Below, piece by piece: positions 35,148 through 45,533 of a stretch of 64,000 nucleotides of DNA; positions within the stretch are counted from its first letter, which is position 1, and every line of letters starts with the position of its first letter. Source of the stretch: Armatimonadota bacterium (lineage in GTDB: Bacteria; Armatimonadota; HRBIN16); contig JBMFOT010000004.1 in the NCBI GenBank assembly GCA_049969495.1, positions 11,906-75,905 of the forward strand, given 5' to 3'. The notes beneath the pieces are model-generated. The model searched no databases. It was not told where the DNA came from and was given only the letters and a program-made list of their open reading frames with translations. Made by a program: the position numbers and the translations under genes.

Positions 35148-37658
35148 CTATCCTCCCGTTGTCGGTTCCCCTAGCCTTTGCAGGCTCTCTTTCGCGATGG
35201 TGTTGTTGGCATCGCGCTTGAGCACCTCGCGATATTGCTCGATGGCTTTCTGCTTTTGCCCTGCCTGCTCGTACATCCCTGCCAGACGCAGGCGGGTAGG
35301 AATGTCCTGCGGATAGCCCGCCAGAATGCGTTCGTAGATGCTGGCGGCTTTGAGGGGTTCATTGCGCTTTTCATATATTTGTGCTGTGCTGCGCAGCGCC
35401 TGCAGGTCAGCGCCGTCTATCTGCAGCACCTGCTCGTAGCTCCGGAGGGCGTCCTCCTCTTTGCCTGCCTCCTGCTGCAGCTGAGCCAGCGTCAGCCATA
35501 TTCCTTTTTGTTTCGGATGCTTCTGCGACAGTGAAGCCAGCAGTGGTATTCCATCGGCGGGTTTGCCCCGGTCGCGGTAAAAGTTCGCCAGGGCGCGTAC
35601 CGCCGCTTCATTCGTGGCATCACGTTCAATGATGGGCGTGACCAGAGCAGGAAACTGTTCCTCTTGCTTTAGTTGCACGAGACACCTCTGCAAGCCGCTG
35701 TATGCCCCGGGTTCGGTGGGTGCAACCTGCAGAATCTGTTCGTAAACCCGCTTCGCCTCTTCCCACTTTTGCTGTTCTTCGTAGGTGCGTGCTAGCAGAG
35801 TGCGCAGATAAGTATCTTTGGGCAGCTCTTTGATCCCTTGCTGGTACACCGCTATCGCGTCGTCTATGCGCTGGTGTTTCTTGTACAGAGAGGCAAGCAT
35901 CCCATAAAGGCGGGGCTCTTTGGGCTGGCGGGCAATCAGCTTGCGGTATTCCTGCACCGCTGCTTCAGTCTTGCCCTGATTCTCCAGCAGACGCGGGATG
36001 TTCACCAGGTAGAACATATCATTGGGGGTGATCTTTTCGATTTCCCGCAGCGCCTGAAGTGCGTCGTCTATTTTGTTCTGGCGCTCCAGAGCGACGGACA
36101 GCCGCCACCACGCCACTACATTTTTCGGGTTCCTCTGCACCACCCGGCGCATCTCGGTTGCCAGCCCGGCGTAGTCCTTATCCTGCTCGTACAGGTCGGC
36201 AATGAAGAACAGCACCTGTGAGTTGTTGGGCTGAATATCCAGCACCTGCCGGTAGTAGCCCAGCGCGTCTTTGCTGCGTTTCAGGCGAGCACACATTAGC
36301 CCGGCACCGTTCAGCGCGCCCAAATGTTTGGGGTCGATTTTCAGAATGCGCTGGTAGCGTTTGAGTGCCTCTTCGTATTGATTCGCCTGTGCCAGCACGT
36401 CTGCCACCTGCATCAGCACGCCCACGTTACTGGGAAACTGCCGCTCTGCCTTCTCCAGCTCACTGATCGCCTGCGGAATCTTATCCCGCTGTAGCCACAC
36501 GCGGGCACTGCGCAGCAGCGGCTCGGGGTTGTTTGGTTCCTGCTTTTGCCATTGCTCGTACTCCTTCAGGGCGTCGTCCCAGCGTCCCTGCGTTTCGGCA
36601 ATGTACGCCAGCCCCATCAGCGCGTTTACGTCCTGGGGGCGCATCTGGCGCAGCTTTTCGTACTCGCGTTTGGCGTTGTCCAGCTGGTTCTGGTTCAGCA
36701 GGCACAGTGCGAGGTTTGCCTGCGCCGCCACGTTTTTCGGTTGCGATTGCAAGACCTTGCGAAAGGCGATTTCCGCCTCGCGATACTGTTGCATGTTGAA
36801 GTGCGCCTGCCCGATGGCGAACCACAATCCCGCATCGTCGGGGTGCGTTTTCACCAGTTTCTCCAGCAGCTGCAGAGACTCTCGATGCTGATTCATACGC
36901 CCCAGCACCACCGCCAGGCGCAGGGTCAGGTCCTCGTTCTGGGGTTGCAGAGACAGAGCGCGGCGGTAGGCGTCGCGTGCCTGGGATAAATCGCCTGCAA
37001 TATCGCACGCCATTCCCAATCCCGCCCACGCCGCAGGGTTTTTCGGCTCTTGCTTGGTAATCTTCTTCAGAATGGGTATTGCCTTATGCGGCTGGCGCAT
37101 CTGCAGGTACACGTAGGCGAGGTTGAACTGGGTGTTGGTGGCTTTAGGGTTCAGCTGACTACTGCGCAGGAGGCTCTTCTCCGCCTCCGCAAAACGCTTC
37201 TGGGAGAGGTAAATCACCCCTAACACGAAGTGCCCTTCCGCGCTTTTGGGGGCGAGCTGCACGCCCTTCTGCGCCATCTGTGTCGCCTCACGCCATTTTT
37301 TCTGCTGGGCAAGGGCGGTCGCAAGTCGGAAATAGCCCTCCGGCAGTTTAGGCATGGCTTTGACCACCTGCCGGAACTGCGCTTCGGCAGATGGGAAGTC
37401 TCCCTGCGCCATGTAAATCTCACCCAGATTGAAACGCGCCATCGGTGTGTTGGGTTGCAGCTTGAGCAGCTCCTGATACGCCGCAATGGCTTCCTTCGCC
37501 TTACCTGCTCGCTGCAGCGAGACCGCCTTTTCGAACAGGGCGATAATCTTTTTGTCCTTCTCAGAGAGCTGCGGAGGCGCGGCGGAAACCCAGGCAAGGC
37601 AAACCGAGAGTATGTATATCAGAACGAAGATGACAGGTTGTTTCCTCATGTTCACCAC
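35148..37658 (-). CDS. tetratricopeptide (TPR) repeat protein, secreted or membrane-anchored
   Basis: N-terminal hydrophobic segment, followed by more than 20 TPR units (W-LG-Y-A-F-A-P motif pattern). Confidence 0.8.
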   Translation of the reverse strand: MVNMRKQPVIFVLIYILSVCLAWVSAAPPQLSEKDKKIIALFEKAVSLQRAGKAKEAIAAYQELLKLQPNTPMARFNLGEIYMAQGDFPSAEAQFRQVVKAMPKLPEGYFRLATALAQQKKWREATQMAQKGVQLAPKSAEGHFVLGVIYLSQKRFAEAEKSLLRSSQLNPKATNTQFNLAYVYLQMRQPHKAIPILKKITKQEPKNPAAWAGLGMACDIAGDLSQARDAYRRALSLQPQNEDLTLRLAVVLGRMNQHRESLQLLEKLVKTHPDDAGLWFAIGQAHFNMQQYREAEIAFRKVLQSQPKNVAAQANLALCLLNQNQLDNAKREYEKLRQMRPQDVNALMGLAYIAETQGRWDDALKEYEQWQKQEPNNPEPLLRSARVWLQRDKIPQAISELEKAERQFPSNVGVLMQVADVLAQANQYEEALKRYQRILKIDPKHLGALNGAGLMCARLKRSKDALGYYRQVLDIQPNNSQVLFFIADLYEQDKDYAGLATEMRRVVQRNPKNVVAWWRLSVALERQNKIDDALQALREIEKITPNDMFYLVNIPRLLENQGKTEAAVQEYRKLIARQPKEPRLYGMLASLYKKHQRIDDAIAVYQQGIKELPKDTYLRTLLARTYEEQQKWEEAKRVYEQILQVAPTEPGAYSGLQRCLVQLKQEEQFPALVTPIIERDATNEAAVRALANFYRDRGKPADGIPLLASLSQKHPKQKGIWLTLAQLQQEAGKEEDALRSYEQVLQIDGADLQALRSTAQIYEKRNEPLKAASIYERILAGYPQDIPTRLRLAGMYEQAGQKQKAIEQYREVLKRDANNTIAKESLQRLGEPTTGG

Positions 37659-38578
37659 TCCTTCATCAGTTCCGCCACCTGTTGCACGTCTTTATCCATC
37701 TGCGCCTTCAGCGACTGTAAAGACTCGAACTTCCGTTCGTCGCGCAGGCGGTAAAAGAAGGCGAGGTGTACCTCCTCACCGTACAGACTGCCTGAAAAAC
37801 CCAGCAGGTACGCTTCGATGGTGCGCTTCGTGCCGTCCACAGTAGGGCGCACACCGATGCTGATTGCCGCTGTGTAGCTGTTGCCTGTGCGCGGGTGTAG
37901 TAGTTTTCCCGCGTAGATTCCATCCTTCGGTACCAGCTGGGGCGCGCGCAGGTTCAGGTTTACCGTCGGGTAGCCCAGTTTCCTGCCCAGCTGCTGCCCG
38001 CGCACCACCACACCTTCCAGCACATACGCTCTGCCCAGCATGGCAGATGCCTCCTGCACCTCACCGTCCAGCAGTGCCTGGCGGATTCGGCTACTGCTGA
38101 TGCGCTCGCCACGATACAGCACGTCCGGTACATCCTCTACCTCGAAGCCGAAACGCGCCTGTACCTCCTGTAAATAATCCACACTGCCCATCCGTCGATG
38201 CCCGAAGCGGAAGTCCCTGCCCACCACGATACGACGCGCGTTCAATCGCCGCTGTAGTACCGAGCGCAGGAACGCTTCGGGATGCAGTGCGGAGAAATCA
38301 TGGTCGAAGCGTAACACCAGCACGTCCTGTACCCCGGTCCCCAGCAGCAGGCGCAGGCGGCTGGTCAGGGTGGTTAAATAGGGTGGTGCGTTTTCGGGTT
38401 GGATGGCTTCCTGCGGGTGGCGGTCAAAGGTGACCGCAACGGCAGGGATATGCAGTTCCTGCGCACGCTGGATAGCCACGCGAATAATTGCCTGATGTCC
38501 CCGGTGCACCCCGTCGAAGGAGCCGATGGTCACGACGCTGGCACGCAGGCTCAACGAACGCGGGTCGGAGCCGCTCAC
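37652..38578 (-). CDS. ribF: bifunctional riboflavin kinase / FMN adenylyltransferase
   Basis: GSFDGVHRGHQ nucleotidyltransferase motif. C-terminal riboflavin kinase motifs (GYPTVN, PTVDG...EAYLLGF). Confidence 0.85.
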   Translation of the reverse strand: MSGSDPRSLSLRASVVTIGSFDGVHRGHQAIIRVAIQRAQELHIPAVAVTFDRHPQEAIQPENAPPYLTTLTSRLRLLLGTGVQDVLVLRFDHDFSALHPEAFLRSVLQRRLNARRIVVGRDFRFGHRRMGSVDYLQEVQARFGFEVEDVPDVLYRGERISSSRIRQALLDGEVQEASAMLGRAYVLEGVVVRGQQLGRKLGYPTVNLNLRAPQLVPKDGIYAGKLLHPRTGNSYTAAISIGVRPTVDGTKRTIEAYLLGFSGSLYGEEVHLAFFYRLRDERKFESLQSLKAQMDKDVQQVAELMKEW

Positions 38579-39513
38579 CCCAGGTCCTCCTCCACGCTAC
38601 GCGGACGATACAGCACGTGCTCCCCAAAGACCTTGTAGGGCCATACCTCGTCGCGGCGCACGGTAGCAATGGCGAACAGGTCGCCTGACGCATCCAATAC
38701 GGCGATGTACGGGGGCTTATCCTCCGGCAGAGGCACAGGCGGAAACGGTTTCGGTTTGACGAATCTACCCAGCCGAAACAGACGCAGCACGCGAGGGTGA
38801 GGTGTCCAGACAGGAAGAATGCCCTCTATCGCCTTCGCCATCGGGATGAGATGGTCTGCAGCGTTGCCCGCTTCCAGCTGCTGCAGGGTTGCCGCCTTCT
38901 CGGCGCGGAAGCTGCCGATTGCGGTGCGCACCAACCGCTTCATGGTTGCTCCTGCGCCCAGCGCATCGCCGATGTCCGCACAGAGGGTGCGGATGTAGGT
39001 TCCGGTAGAACACTCCACTTCGATGTCCGCCTCGGGGTGTTCGCCGGGCGAGAAGCGCAACAGTTCCAAACGATACACCTGCACCTGACGAGCCTCTCTG
39101 GGCACGACCTTCCCCTCCCGGGCGAGGTCATACAGCCTCCTGCCCTCATGGTGTACCGCCGAGTGCATGGGCGGGATCTGCTCGATCTCTCCCGTGAAGC
39201 GGGGCAGCACAGCCTCCAGCATCTGGCGCGTGATACCGCTGGCATCGGTGCTGGCAATCACCTTCCCTTCCATGTCCTGCGTGTCGGTCTGCACACCCAG
39301 CACCATCGTCGCACGATAGGTTTTGGGAAGCCATTGCAGAAATTCGTTCAGGCGGGTGGCTTTGCCCAGACAGATGAGCAATACCCCTTCCGCACCGGGG
39401 TCCAGCGTGCCGGTGTGTCCAGCCCGTCGTACACCGAGCAGTCGGCGTACGGCGTCTACCGCCTCGCGCGAGGTCATGCCCGCTGGCTTATAGAGGTTGA
39501 GCAGTGCATCCAT
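38575..39513 (-). CDS. truB: tRNA pseudouridine(55) synthase
   Basis: LNLYKPAGMTS...HTGTLDP catalytic Asp motif. PUA-like C-terminus. Confidence 0.85.
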   Translation of the reverse strand: MDALLNLYKPAGMTSREAVDAVRRLLGVRRAGHTGTLDPGAEGVLLICLGKATRLNEFLQWLPKTYRATMVLGVQTDTQDMEGKVIASTDASGITRQMLEAVLPRFTGEIEQIPPMHSAVHHEGRRLYDLAREGKVVPREARQVQVYRLELLRFSPGEHPEADIEVECSTGTYIRTLCADIGDALGAGATMKRLVRTAIGSFRAEKAATLQQLEAGNAADHLIPMAKAIEGILPVWTPHPRVLRLFRLGRFVKPKPFPPVPLPEDKPPYIAVLDASGDLFAIATVRRDEVWPYKVFGEHVLYRPRSVEEDLG

Positions 39514-40469
39514 TCTCGCAGTGCCTCAATCACTTTCTGTTTCACCTCGGCGATGTCACCTTCTACCCAGAACCCTGCCGCCAGTCGATGCCCGCCCCCT
39601 CCGAACTTCTCTGCCAGCTTTGCCATATCGATGCGCTCGTCGCGACTGCGCACGCTCACGCGCACACGCCCCGGCTTCACTTCCCGTAACAGCGCCAGCA
39701 CGACGCTATCACGCACCGCTCGCAGCTGGGTGATGATGCCTTCAGTGTCTTCGTCCGTGGCGCCCAGCTCGGTGAAATCCTCGTGGCTCAGGTAAGACCA
39801 CACCAGCCGCCCCTCTTCTTCCTGCCGGATATGCTCGAGGGCGCGCCCCAGCAGTTTGACGCTGGGGAAAGAGCGTCGTTCAAAAACCTCTTCTGCAATC
39901 TGCGCCGGTGATGCCCCCGCCTCCATCAGGGTTGCGCTCAGGCGGAAGGTGGTCGGCGAGACGTTCATGTAACGATAAAGACCGGTGTCGGTGATGATGC
40001 CGGTGAGCAGGCAGGTGGCGATAGCGGGGGTGATGGGGGCGTCCATCACCTTCAGCAGGCGGTAGACGATTTCGGCAGTGGCGGCCGCTTTGGGCTGCTG
40101 GATACGGATATCGCCGAACGCGCCTTCGGTGACGTGGTGGTCGATATCCACGATGATTCGCGCCGAGAACACCACCTCTTTCGCCTTCCCGATGCGCTCG
40201 GGCATACCGGTATCGCATACCACCGCCACATCGAAGCCGCGTTGCTCGGTGGAGGTGAGTATCTTCTCTGCGCCGGGCAGAAATCGGTATATCTCCGGCA
40301 CGCCGTCACTGCTCAGGGTGATGACTCGCTTGCCCGACCCCTCCAGCGCTGCCTGCAGAGCCAGCGCACACCCCAGCGTGTCGCCGTCGGGGTTGAGGTG
40401 ACAGGCAAGAACCACGCTTTTTGCCTCCCGTAACACCTGAGCAACCTGTTGTAAATGGCGGCGAATCAT
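39474..40469 (-). CDS. nrnA: DHH-DHHA1 phosphoesterase (NrnA-like oligoribonuclease/pAp phosphatase)
   Basis: CHLNPDGD, DHH (IDHH) and DHHA1 GGGH motifs. Overlaps the truB start by 40 nt. Confidence 0.8.
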   Translation of the reverse strand: MIRRHLQQVAQVLREAKSVVLACHLNPDGDTLGCALALQAALEGSGKRVITLSSDGVPEIYRFLPGAEKILTSTEQRGFDVAVVCDTGMPERIGKAKEVVFSARIIVDIDHHVTEGAFGDIRIQQPKAAATAEIVYRLLKVMDAPITPAIATCLLTGIITDTGLYRYMNVSPTTFRLSATLMEAGASPAQIAEEVFERRSFPSVKLLGRALEHIRQEEEGRLVWSYLSHEDFTELGATDEDTEGIITQLRAVRDSVVLALLREVKPGRVRVSVRSRDERIDMAKLAEKFGGGGHRLAAGFWVEGDIAEVKQKVIEALREWMHCSTSISQRA

Positions 40470-40810
40470 TCTTGTTCCAGCTGACGCAACAGCTCGTGTA
40501 CACGCATTCCTGCTTCGATGCCTTCATCCGGCTCGAACTGGATTTCCGGCACGATACGCAGGTGCGCGCGGCGACCGAACTCGCCTCGAATACGCCCGGC
40601 AAGTGCGCGCAATACTTCCAGCGCTTTATCCCGCGCCTCTATGCCCCCCAGCGCGCTCACATACACCTTAGCGTGGCTCAAGTCGCGCGATACCCTTGCC
40701 TGGGTGATGGTCACCCCCGCAAGACGCGGGTCCTTCAACTCGTGCCGTACGATGTCGCTGATTTCGCTAACCAGCAAACTCTCTATCTTGGATACTCTGT
40801 TGCTGCTCAT
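40466..40810 (-). CDS. rbfA: ribosome-binding factor A
   Basis: RVSKIESLL..EISDI...DPRL..VTIT.ARVS.DL..AKVYVS pattern. Confidence 0.85.
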   Translation of the reverse strand: MSSNRVSKIESLLVSEISDIVRHELKDPRLAGVTITQARVSRDLSHAKVYVSALGGIEARDKALEVLRALAGRIRGEFGRRAHLRIVPEIQFEPDEGIEAGMRVHELLRQLEQE

Positions 40811-40813
40811 TTT

Positions 40814-41098
40814 TCACCACAACTCCATATTGACTGCGATCACTTCAATACGCGGGTCGGCGTATAAAAAGTCCAGCGCCTTGTTCAGCACGCTGTTGAC
40901 GTGCTGTTTGTCGTTACCCACGCAGGAAAAGCCCAGCGTTGCCTGCTGCCATTCATCCAGATGGTCTACCTCGGCAGCAGAGAGGTTGAACTTGTTGCGC
41001 AAGGTGTCTAAAGTACTGCGCACCACGTGGCGCTTCTCTTTCAGAGAGGTTGCTTCATAAAGATGCAACTCTACCGTCAGTACGCCGACGACCATCAT
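40814..41098 (-). CDS. DUF503 (YlxP-like) family protein
   Basis: Roughly 95-aa protein between infB and rbfA, starting at MMVVGVLTVELHLYEATSLKEKR, which is typical of DUF503. Confidence 0.65.
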   Translation of the reverse strand: MMVVGVLTVELHLYEATSLKEKRHVVRSTLDTLRNKFNLSAAEVDHLDEWQQATLGFSCVGNDKQHVNSVLNKALDFLYADPRIEVIAVNMELW

Positions 41099-41123
41099 CG
41101 CACCTGCTGGTACTCGGTATCTT

Positions 41124-43088
41124 CTACGAAACCGCTGTTGTGCTCCGCTGAGTAATCGTATGTCCGGCGCGAGAGACTTCTCGCCTCTCGAAGCATTCGA
41201 TGGTGTCACCTTCCTCGAAGTCCGAGAAGCCATCCACCATGATACCGCATTCGTAGCCCTGAGCGATTTCGCGGACGTCCTCTTTCAGGTGGCGCAGGGA
41301 AGCGATTTTGCCGGTGTACAGCAACTCCTTCTTGCGCCAGACACGCGCCTCGGCGTTGCGCACTATCTTGCCCTCGGTGACATAGCACCCCGCAACCGTG
41401 CCGCGCGGCAAGCTGAACACGGCGCGCACCTCCGCCTTACCCAGCGGAAACTCCTCCGTGACCGGCTGTAGCATCCCCAGCATCGCCGCCTTGATATCCT
41501 CTACCAGCTCGTAGATGATACGGTAGGTGCGTACTTCCACACGCTCCTGCTCGGCGACGCGCTGTGCTTCGGGTTCCACCCGCACGTTAAAGCCGATAAC
41601 CAGTGCATTGGACGCCGATGCCAGCATGATGTCGGACTCGGTGATGTTACCCACCGCTGCGTGTAGCACCCGCAGGCGTACCTCAGGGTGTTCCAGTCGC
41701 TCCAGCGCGCTGCGCACCGCTTCCACCGAGCCGTGCACGTCCGCCTTGAGTACCACCAGCAGCTCCTTGATTTCGCCCTCCTTAATCAGGCGACTGAGGT
41801 CTTTCATCGTCACGCGGGCACGCTGGCTGGCCAGCTTCTCCTGGCGGTGGCGTTGCTCGCGCTCCATAGCGATTTGTCGGGCGGTGCGCTCGTCTTTCAC
41901 CACTTCCATCTTTTCTCCCGCATTGGGCACTGCCGACAAGCCGACGACCTCCACCGGCATAGCTGGGGTGGCTTTGGGCACGCGGTTGCCTCTATCGTCC
42001 AGCAGCGCCTTAATGCGCCCATAGGCTTCCCCTGCTACTACCGCATCACCCTGCTTAAATGTGCCTTGCTGCACGATGATAGTGGCGACGGGACCCCTGC
42101 CTTTGTCCAGCTTGGACTCGATCACCACTCCCTTGGCGGGGGCGTTCGGGTCGGCTTTCAGCTCCTGTACCTCGGCGACCAGCAGGATGGACTCGAGCAG
42201 GTCGCCCAGCCCGATACGTTGTTTCGCCGATACGGGCACGAAGATGGTATCACCACCCCATTCCTCCGGCACCACCCCCAGCTCCGCCAGCTGCTGTTTC
42301 ACCCGGTCGGGGTTGGCTTCGGGTTTGTCTATCTTGTTGATGGCGACGATGATAGGCACATTAGCCGCTTTGGCGTGGTTCAGCGCTTCCACGGTCTGGG
42401 GCATCACGCCGTCGTCGGCGGCAACCACCAGCACTGCGATGTCGGTGACCTGTGCGCCTCGCGCTCGCATAGCGGTGAAGGCTTCGTGTCCGGGGGTATC
42501 CAGGAAGGTGATTTTTGCCTTCTCGCCGGCGTGCTCTATCTCCACCTGATACGCGCCGATATGCTGGGTAATACCGCCGTATTCCCCTTCTGCTACGTTA
42601 GTGCGCCGGATGGCATCCAGCAAGGTGGTCTTTCCGTGGTCTACGTGCCCGAGAATGGTCACTACCGGCGGCCGGGGTTGTGGACCGCCTGACGATGCGG
42701 TGCGAGGGCGCACGCTTTCGGGCAATTCTGGCTCTTTTGCCTCTATCCAGCGGATACTATAGCCCAGCTCATACGCGACTCGCTCGATCTGGTCGGCGGA
42801 GAGCTGCTGGTTCAGCCCCGCCAGCACGCCTACTTTCATCAGCTTTTGCTGCACCTGCGTGGACTGTACGCCCAGAGCCTGCGCCAGCTCGCGCACGGTC
42901 AGTGACGGCGGTAGCTCCACTACCGGATGCCCTTTGTCGAGCACCTCGCGCACTGCCTGCGCTGTGGAGATATCTATCAGGCTATCGGCGTTCTCTACCT
43001 CCACGCCCAGGTCGGTTAGCGTGCTGAGCAGCTCGGCAACACTCATCTGCAGGTCTTTTGCTAAATCACCAACACGGATACGGTTCAC
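41124..43088 (-). CDS. infB: translation initiation factor IF-2
   Basis: GTPase G1-G4 motifs ([21 protein letters not shown]). Conserved C-terminal domains. Confidence 0.9.
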   Translation of the reverse strand: MNRIRVGDLAKDLQMSVAELLSTLTDLGVEVENADSLIDISTAQAVREVLDKGHPVVELPPSLTVRELAQALGVQSTQVQQKLMKVGVLAGLNQQLSADQIERVAYELGYSIRWIEAKEPELPESVRPRTASSGGPQPRPPVVTILGHVDHGKTTLLDAIRRTNVAEGEYGGITQHIGAYQVEIEHAGEKAKITFLDTPGHEAFTAMRARGAQVTDIAVLVVAADDGVMPQTVEALNHAKAANVPIIVAINKIDKPEANPDRVKQQLAELGVVPEEWGGDTIFVPVSAKQRIGLGDLLESILLVAEVQELKADPNAPAKGVVIESKLDKGRGPVATIIVQQGTFKQGDAVVAGEAYGRIKALLDDRGNRVPKATPAMPVEVVGLSAVPNAGEKMEVVKDERTARQIAMEREQRHRQEKLASQRARVTMKDLSRLIKEGEIKELLVVLKADVHGSVEAVRSALERLEHPEVRLRVLHAAVGNITESDIMLASASNALVIGFNVRVEPEAQRVAEQERVEVRTYRIIYELVEDIKAAMLGMLQPVTEEFPLGKAEVRAVFSLPRGTVAGCYVTEGKIVRNAEARVWRKKELLYTGKIASLRHLKEDVREIAQGYECGIMVDGFSDFEEGDTIECFERREVSRAGHTITQRSTTAVS

Positions 43089-43381
43089 GAGCGAGTCACC
43101 TCCTCCTCTTCTGCCTGCGCAGCCAGCTGCAGCAGCTGCTGCGCAGTATCCGCTGGCAACGGTACTTTCAGCGACCGCTCCAGCTTCTTCGCCTTCAATG
43201 CTACCTGCACGCAGGACATGCTCCGGCAGACGTATGCCCCACGCCCCGCCCTCTTACCAGTAGGGTCTACAACCACCGCGCCTTCCGGGGTGCGCACGAC
43301 GCGTATCAGTCCCCTCTTCGGCGCGGCGGTTCGGCACGCCACGCACGTTCGTATCGGCGTCCATTTGCGTGTAGGCATCAC
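43085..43381 (-). CDS. ylxR: YlxR/DUF448 family RNA-binding protein
   Basis: RTCVACR...GRGAYVC motif. Located between nusA and infB. Confidence 0.75.
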   Translation of the reverse strand: MMPTRKWTPIRTCVACRTAAPKRGLIRVVRTPEGAVVVDPTGKRAGRGAYVCRSMSCVQVALKAKKLERSLKVPLPADTAQQLLQLAAQAEEEEVTRS

Positions 43382-43406
43382 GAACCCCCAAAGGCTGTTT
43401 TTCTCC

Positions 43407-44486
43407 TCAGGACACGCTTTCCTGTTCCTCTTTGCCTGTTGTCAGCGCGTCTTGGGAAATCTGGGATTCACTTCGAATATCTATTTTCCAGCCGGTCAAG
43501 CGCGCCGCCAGCCGCACGTTCTGCCCCGCTTTGCCGATTGCCAGCGAGAGCTGGTCATCGGGCACGATGACCAGCGCACTCTTCTCTTTCTCGTTCAGAT
43601 GCACTCTCGAAACCTTCGCCGGGCTCAGCGCCTCCGCGATAAACTGCGCCGGATCGGGATACCAGCGGATGATGTCTATCTTTTCATCGTACAGCTCGTT
43701 CACTACCGCTTGCACCCGGGTTCCACGCAGTCCTACGCAACTGCCCACCGGGTCGATATTCGGCTCCTTCGCCCACACGGCGATTTTGGAGCGCGCGCCC
43801 GGCTCCCGGGCTACCGCTTTAATCACCACGCTTCCCTCGCGCACCTCAGGCACCTCCAGCTCGAACAGGCGGCGGATGAGGCTGGGGTGACTGCGCGACA
43901 CGATAATGCGCGGCGACTTCGTGGTCCGCTCCACACGCAGCAGATACACGCGCAGGCGGTCGTGCGGGCGATACGGTTCATTGGGTACCTGCTCCTCAGG
44001 CGGCAGAATGGCTTCCACTCTATCGAGATCGATAATCACGTTCGGCCCTTCCCTGCGTTGCACGAAGCCGGAGAGAGTCTCTCCTACGCGCTCTTGAAAC
44101 TCCTGGTATATCTGTTCCCGCTCCGCTTCGCGGATGCGCTGTACAATCACCTGCTTGGCGGTTTGTGCAGCGATGCGCCCGAAGTCCTCCAGGTCCACCG
44201 GTACAGACACGGTATCCCCAATCTCCGCTTCCGGTTTAAACTTCCGCGCCTCCTCCAGTGTAATCTGGGTATGCGGGTTCTCCACCTCTTCCACGACGGT
44301 ACGCTCACAGAACAAACGAACCCCCGCCTTACTGGAATCGAGGCGAAGGCGCACATCGCCGACAGCGCCACAGTGCTTCTTATAGGCGTTGGTCAAAGCG
44401 GTTTCCAGCGCCTCCCAGAGCACCGCCAGCGGGATGTCCCTCTCGCGTTCCAGCGCACGCAGTATCTCAATGAGTTCGCTATTCAT
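43407..44486 (-). CDS. nusA: transcription termination/antitermination factor NusA
   Basis: N-terminal domain, S1 and two KH domains (GxxG: VGLRGTRVQAV, IGKAGQNVRLA). Confidence 0.9.
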   Translation of the reverse strand: MNSELIEILRALERERDIPLAVLWEALETALTNAYKKHCGAVGDVRLRLDSSKAGVRLFCERTVVEEVENPHTQITLEEARKFKPEAEIGDTVSVPVDLEDFGRIAAQTAKQVIVQRIREAEREQIYQEFQERVGETLSGFVQRREGPNVIIDLDRVEAILPPEEQVPNEPYRPHDRLRVYLLRVERTTKSPRIIVSRSHPSLIRRLFELEVPEVREGSVVIKAVAREPGARSKIAVWAKEPNIDPVGSCVGLRGTRVQAVVNELYDEKIDIIRWYPDPAQFIAEALSPAKVSRVHLNEKEKSALVIVPDDQLSLAIGKAGQNVRLAARLTGWKIDIRSESQISQDALTTGKEEQESVS

Positions 44487-44515
44487 ATCTACCCCTCTCC
44501 GGTTACCTCTTCACA

Positions 44516-44550
44516 GGGTAAGAAAAAGAGTGGGCGAGCCTGCCCACTCT
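44516..44550 (-). terminator. intrinsic terminator/attenuator in the nusA leader
   Basis: AGAGTGGGC-GAGCCT-GCCCACTCT hairpin, followed on the minus strand by TTTTTCTT. It sits about 30 nt upstream of the nusA SD. Confidence 0.5.
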
Positions 44551-44731
44551 CTTCCGAGATTATTGCTACCCCCTTATGCCGCCCTACCTGCACATCATAC
44601 CCTCAACCATCATAAGTATATCATATCGGCAACCTTTTACGCAACTGCGACAGGCGTTTGGGCAGGAGAAACAGCCGGGCAAAGCGTAGAGAAAAACGGT
44701 CAATTCACACGAACACAATAGGAGCACAACC

Positions 44732-44923
44732 ATGGCGAAGCACTCTACAGAGGAGATTGAAGGACGCCCGCGCACGGTGGTGGAGCTGGAACCCGGTGAG
44801 CGTGTGGCGCTGTGTCGTTGCTTCAAGTCCAGCAAGTTCCCCTTCTGCGACGGCACCCATAAGCAGTATCAGGGCATGGGACCGGTTATCGTGCAGGCGC
44901 CGGGGGAGAAAAAGCAAGAGTAG
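44732..44923 (+). CDS. CDGSH iron-sulfur domain protein
   Basis: CRCFKSSKFPFCDGTH (C-x-C-x9-C-D-G-T-H). SD AGGAG. Confidence 0.75.
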   Translation: MAKHSTEEIEGRPRTVVELEPGERVALCRCFKSSKFPFCDGTHKQYQGMGPVIVQAPGEKKQE

Positions 44924-45106
44924 TCTGTTTTTGGTCGCGACAGAGCGCGACCCCCCAAGCGGTACGTGGAAGGCGAGGCTCCTGCCGAGCCGTAATCATT
45001 TTGTCCGATGCGCACTGAAGTGCGCTACTACGGACGGTCCGGCGTTCACGGCTCGCTAACAAGCTCGCCCTCCCCGTGAGACATCTCCGGATTGGTAGCT
45101 AGCGGG

Positions 45107-45481
45107 CTAAAGCTTCTTTGTTTTCGTCTTCTTACGGTACTCGCACACGGGACACTCTTTTTTGTTCTTCTCGCTGTAGTAGCCGCACACTTTGCACTTC
45201 TTCACGAGGCTGGAAAGCTTGACCATCGGCTTCTTGCAGTGCTGGCAATTGCCCGGCTTGTCCGCCATGGCACCACAGCTGGTGCACACGTACGCACCCG
45301 CTTTTGCCATCTGCAGATTGCAGATGGGGCACTTCCCCTGCTTGTCTGCCCCCACTTTGCACATCATGCAGACGTACTGAGGAACGCCCTTGTCTGCCTT
45401 CGGTTTCCCTCCTTTTTGTGCCAGCGCGGCCACATTCAGCAAAAGCACTGCCGCCAGCAAACAGGCTATCGCCTGTCGCAT
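45107..45481 (-). CDS. secreted protein with three tandem Y-x-C-x-x-C...G-x-C-x-x-C Zn-ribbon repeats
   Basis: Signal peptide. Repeats YVCMMCKVGADKQGKCPICNLQM, YVCTSCGAMADKPGNCQHCKKPM and CKVCGYYSEKNKKECPVCEY. K-rich C-terminus. SD GGAGGTGAGG. Confidence 0.6.
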   Translation of the reverse strand: MRQAIACLLAAVLLLNVAALAQKGGKPKADKGVPQYVCMMCKVGADKQGKCPICNLQMAKAGAYVCTSCGAMADKPGNCQHCKKPMVKLSSLVKKCKVCGYYSEKNKKECPVCEYRKKTKTKKL

Positions 45482-45533
45482 GTGTATAAACCTCACCTCC
45501 TTTCAGTAATTTCTCTTCGCCGTGTGGGATGGC

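Noticed and set aside
44924-45106. Hairpins GGTCGCG-ACAGA-GCGCGACC and TGCGCAC-TGAA-GTGCGCA as intrinsic terminators
   Set aside because: GC-rich stems are present between convergent genes, but neither is followed by a U-tract on either strand. They are kept as possible Rho-dependent or structural elements only.
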